A DNA stretch of 32,000 nucleotides from an uncultured Actinomycetes bacterium (GTDB lineage: Bacteria > Actinomycetota > Actinomycetes > S36-B12 > CAIYMF01). The notes under the pieces were generated by a model. That model was not told the DNA's origin and ran no database searches. It saw only the letters and a list, made by a program, of their open reading frames with translations. Location of the stretch: the NCBI GenBank assembly GCA_963843975.1, contig CAWJMG010000001.1:660001-692000 (forward strand). The letters are read 5' to 3'. Numbering within the stretch: the first letter of the stretch is position 1; the number at the start of each line of letters is the position of its first letter. The translations under genes and the position numbers were made by a program. Below are positions 29,093-32,000 of this stretch, piece after piece.

Positions 29093-29649
29093 GGCGTTAC
29101 GCTCCGCAACCCTCGTTCGTTCAAGTCTCGCTCAAGACGCCTGAGCCCCCGGTGCACGAGCACCCGGACGGCCCCTGGCGACTTGCCCATCACGGCAGCG
29201 ACCTCCGCGTGGTCCATGCCCACGACGACCCGCAGCATCACGGCCTCGCCCTGCTCACGCGGGAGGGTCCGGATGAGGGCGAGCGCGTGGGTCGTCTGGT
29301 CGCGCTCCACGACCTCGTCGGCGACGTCGCGATCGGGCGGCCCGGCGTCGGGTACGTCGTCGAAGGACGCTCCCGGCCGTCGCGCCTCGTACCGGATGCG
29401 GTCGATCAGCTTGCGGCGCGCGATGGCGAACACCCAGGAGCGGAACGCCTTCTCCGGGCCGTCGAACGTCGACGCCCCGCGGGCCACCTCGATCCACGCC
29501 TCGGAGGCGGAGTCCTCCGCCAACTCCCAGTGCAGAGTCCGCAGGTAGCGCAGCAGCGGCGGGTGGATGTCGCGGTAGAGGGTGTCGAAGGCGCGCTCGT
29601 CACCGGATGCGGCACCTGCCAGCACCTCGGCGAAGCGGTCCTCGAGCAC
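29089..29649 (-). CDS. ECF (sigma-70 family group 4) RNA polymerase sigma factor
   Basis: From GTG 29649 (GGAG at 8 nt upstream). Region 2: ERAFDTLYRDIHPPLLRYLRTL...AEDSASEAWIEVARGASTFD...FRSWVFAIARRKLIDRIR. Region 4: LPREQGEAVMLRVVVGMDHAEVAAVMGKSPGAVRVLVHRGLRRLERDL. ATG 29709 is an alternative start. Confidence 0.85.
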   Translation of the reverse strand: MLEDRFAEVLAGAASGDERAFDTLYRDIHPPLLRYLRTLHWELAEDSASEAWIEVARGASTFDGPEKAFRSWVFAIARRKLIDRIRYEARRPGASFDDVPDAGPPDRDVADEVVERDQTTHALALIRTLPREQGEAVMLRVVVGMDHAEVAAVMGKSPGAVRVLVHRGLRRLERDLNERGLRSVTP

Positions 29650-29770
29650 CGCGCGATCTCCGTCCTGCCCGACCTGCGACCCCCTGTCGCGGCGCCCAGC
29701 ACACCACATGCCGGGGGGCCGGGCATCACTGCAGGGCGACACGGGTGACGCGCGTGCCGCCTGTCGTGGC

Positions 29771-30397
29771 TCAGAGGACGCGGACCAGCACGTCGGCGAG
29801 GTCGCGGCAGACCGGCGCCTCCGGGAACTGCCCCGCGAACTCCGAGGGAGGGGCGTGCACACCGACGAACCCCACGCCGGCATCGCGGGCTGCCGCGGCG
29901 TCCCAGGTGGAGTCGCCGATCATCACGGCGCCGTCGGCATCGGCGCCGAGCAGCTCGAGCGCACGACGCAGGCCGTCACCGCTGGGCTTCGGCCGCACGA
30001 ACGGGTCGCGGCCGACGACGACGTCGATCGTCATGCCGTGCCGCTCGAGCACCGCGGACGCGACGTCGACGGGCAGCAGCGTCACGACGGCGACAGGGCG
30101 CGCGGCGATGGCATCGACGAACAGTCGCCCGCCCGGCATCTGCACCGAGCGCTCTGCGCCGGCGTGCTCGTGCGCGGCGATCGCGCGGTCGACCGCCGTC
30201 CAGAGATCCCCCGGGGGAAGGTCGCCGAGGATCGCCATGCAGGCGCGGGTGGCGGTGGTCCAGGCCGTGTCGAGGCCGAGGTCGACCGGACCGTCGCCGA
30301 TGAGCGGGACGACGTCGGCCCAGGCCGCGTCGTAGTCGGTGTGGGCCTGCACCTCGACGAGCGTGTGGTCGAGGTCGAGCAGGAGCGCGCCAGCCAT
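29771..30397 (-). CDS. HAD superfamily hydrolase (phosphatase-like)
   Basis: 208-aa ORF with motif I LLLDLDHTLV (DxDxT) and motif IV MIGDSTWDAAAARDAG. Confidence 0.85.
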   Translation of the reverse strand: MAGALLLDLDHTLVEVQAHTDYDAAWADVVPLIGDGPVDLGLDTAWTTATRACMAILGDLPPGDLWTAVDRAIAAHEHAGAERSVQMPGGRLFVDAIAARPVAVVTLLPVDVASAVLERHGMTIDVVVGRDPFVRPKPSGDGLRRALELLGADADGAVMIGDSTWDAAAARDAGVGFVGVHAPPSEFAGQFPEAPVCRDLADVLVRVL

Positions 30398-30421
30398 GCG
30401 CGAACGCTAGCGCGACGGCTG

Positions 30422-30736
30422 CTACGGCTCGAGCACCGCGCCCGCGGCGAGGAGTGCTCGGGCGACGTCGTCGTGGCTCTGCATCAGGGCGCTGTCGAGC
30501 GCGGAGTCGCCGTGCTTGTTGACCCGCGAGTGGTCGGCCCCGCGGTCGAGCAGCAGCTTCACGGTCTCGAGGTGCCCCTGGTGCGCCGCCATGATGAGGA
30601 GCGTGTCGCCGTTGGGGCTGGTGAAGTCGACGGGGACCCCTGCGTCGAGGTAGGTCACGAGGTCGGTCGTGCGACCCTCGCGCGCCGTCTCGAAGATGCG
30701 CAGGGCGATGGTGATGACGTCGTCAGGACCACTCAT
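30422..30736 (-). CDS. Ankyrin-repeat protein (small, ~2-3 repeats)
   Basis: 104-aa ORF: ...SPNGDTLLIMAAHQGHLETVKLLLDRGADHSRVNKHGDSALDSALMQSHDDVARALLAAGA is the consensus ankyrin pattern. Confidence 0.8.
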   Translation of the reverse strand: MSGPDDVITIALRIFETAREGRTTDLVTYLDAGVPVDFTSPNGDTLLIMAAHQGHLETVKLLLDRGADHSRVNKHGDSALDSALMQSHDDVARALLAAGAVLEP

Positions 30737-30770
30737 GGACTGACCGTACCGAGGCCCGGTGACGGTGCCG

Positions 30771-31757
30771 TCACGCGGGCGTGACCGCCTCGAGCAGCTC
30801 GAACCCGTGCCGGTCGATGCTCGCTGCCGTGCCGCTGAGGATGACGACGCCCACGCCCGCCGCGCGGTCGATGCCCCACCACGAGGCGAAGCCTCCGGTC
30901 TGCCCGTTGTGCCAGGTGATGTCGCGGCCCTTGCGGCCGAGCACCATCCAGGCGGCGCCGATGCGGACGGCCGGACCGGCGAACCGCTCGACCGGGTCGA
31001 GCGCCGTCACTCCGGGTGCGGTGTGCGCGATGAGGGCCTCGGTGAGGATGGCGAGATCGCCTGCGGTGGAACGGATCCCGCCCGCAGGACCGAGCGCCTC
31101 GCCGATCCACGACTCTCGCGCCCGGCCGCTGCGGTTACGCCCACGGATTGCCGCGGGACGTACGTCGTCGACCGACTCGACGACGTACGTCGAGGTCATG
31201 CCGAGCGGCGACGTGAGCCGCTCGGCGAGCAGCTGCCGGTACGTCGTACCGGACGCGGCCGCCAGGGCGTGGCCCAGCAGCTCGAACCCGAGGTTGGAGT
31301 ACGAGTGCCGCCCGACATGGCCGGCCGGGGTGCGGGCCGCCTGCTCGAGCAGCTCCGCGAGGGTCTCGCCGTACGGGTTGGTGCCGCGCATCCAGAGTTC
31401 GAGGGTCTTCGTGATGGTCTGCGCGCCCTTGGGCAGGCGGGGCAGGCCGGACGCGTGCGTGGCGAGCGAGCCGAGCGTGACGCGGGCGGCGTCGCAGTCG
31501 CTCAGCGGGAGGACGTCGCCGAGCAGCGTGGTCGGCCGTACGACGCCGCGCTCGACGGCGTCGGCGTACAGCAGTCCGGTGAGCGCCTTGGACAGCGACC
31601 CGATCTCGAACTCGGACTCCAGCTTCGCGCCGTACGACGCGACCGTGGTGCCGCTGGGGGTGACGACCGCGGCCGCGGCGACCGGGTGGGTTGAACGGAG
31701 GAGGTCGCGCAGCCCACGGGCGAGCGTCTCGTCGCCGAACAACGGTGCCTGCGCCAC
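30771..31757 (-). CDS. Serine hydrolase of the beta-lactamase/transpeptidase-like (class C / esterase) family
   Basis: 328-aa ORF with SxxK (FEIGSLSKALTG) and YxN (HSYSNLGFELLG) motifs. Confidence 0.85.
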   Translation of the reverse strand: MAQAPLFGDETLARGLRDLLRSTHPVAAAAVVTPSGTTVASYGAKLESEFEIGSLSKALTGLLYADAVERGVVRPTTLLGDVLPLSDCDAARVTLGSLATHASGLPRLPKGAQTITKTLELWMRGTNPYGETLAELLEQAARTPAGHVGRHSYSNLGFELLGHALAAASGTTYRQLLAERLTSPLGMTSTYVVESVDDVRPAAIRGRNRSGRARESWIGEALGPAGGIRSTAGDLAILTEALIAHTAPGVTALDPVERFAGPAVRIGAAWMVLGRKGRDITWHNGQTGGFASWWGIDRAAGVGVVILSGTAASIDRHGFELLEAVTPA

Positions 31758-32000
31758 GCGTCGACCCTAAGCGGGCGGCCATCACGGCGGATACTCCCCC
31801 GCGACGGCCGCGCTTCCCGGCCGTTCGCGGGGTAGCGTCGAGCAGAACGGACAGTCGACCACCACGACCGAAGCCGCAGCAGGAACGAGAGCGAGCACTG
31901 ACGATGAACGTGCTCTTCCCGGACTGCGCGGGCACAGCCTGATGGACGGCAGACGTCGGCAGGCCGCGCGCGGCGAGGTGCTGATCGCCAACCCCTACCA

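Noticed and set aside
31942-32000. Possible start of a + strand gene at the right edge (ATG 31942: MDGRRRQAARGEVLIANPY...).
   Set aside because: Only 19 codons are visible, with no SD and no recognisable motif. Evidence is insufficient to call.

Overview
Very GC-rich chromosomal segment. Nearly every third codon position is G/C, and each real gene is shadowed by long Arg/Pro/Gly-rich off-frame ORFs. This is the signature of a high-GC actinobacterium; the gene content looks Nocardioidaceae/Propionibacteriales-like, but the taxon is inference only. I call 38 protein-coding loci. I found no rRNA, tRNA, CRISPR array, transposase or integrase.

Gene order:
- Left edge, all on the minus strand and translationally coupled: moeA-moaC-mog-rimJ-like, then a partial membrane protein. 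A 5-formyltetrahydrofolate cyclo-ligase is divergent from this block.
- About 4.0-20.0 kb, a block that interrupts the conserved actinobacterial FTHFCL/FmdB/SAF/mscL synteny. It holds a VOC-HxlR pair, an MFS transporter fused to a cyclic-nucleotide-binding domain, and a seven-gene co-directional string (ABC ATPase, ABC-2 permease, crcB, crcB, membrane-anchored penicillin-acylase-family Ntn hydrolase, GNAT, HExxH membrane protein). It also holds a 48-aa small ORF missed by the ORF track and a DeoR-regulated sugar ABC importer with two atypically built permeases.
- About 20-21.5 kb: FmdB/Ruc-like zinc ribbon, SAF-domain protein, mscL.
- After that: an orphan Tat-lipoprotein polyamine-binding protein, a TetR / 3-methyladenine-glycosylase-annotated family / DUF389 / YbaK string, an ECF sigma / membrane partner / TadE-like / TadG-like string, then HAD hydrolase, ankyrin-repeat protein and a class-C-type serine hydrolase.

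Four reading frames are visibly interrupted: a sugar permease, the SAF protein, the TadG-like protein and a small ORF remnant. Two of these breaks sit at G runs, so assembly indel error is as likely as real pseudogenisation.

I do not see a clear-cut new multi-gene system such as a defence island. The most unusual items are the ECF-sigma-linked orphan TadE/TadG module, the sugar importer with a 6-TM N-terminal extension and a ~110-aa loop insert, the lineage-specific 16-kb block, and a ~128-nt multi-stem element after the FTHFCL stop. All functional calls come from motif and family recognition by eye. No database search was run.
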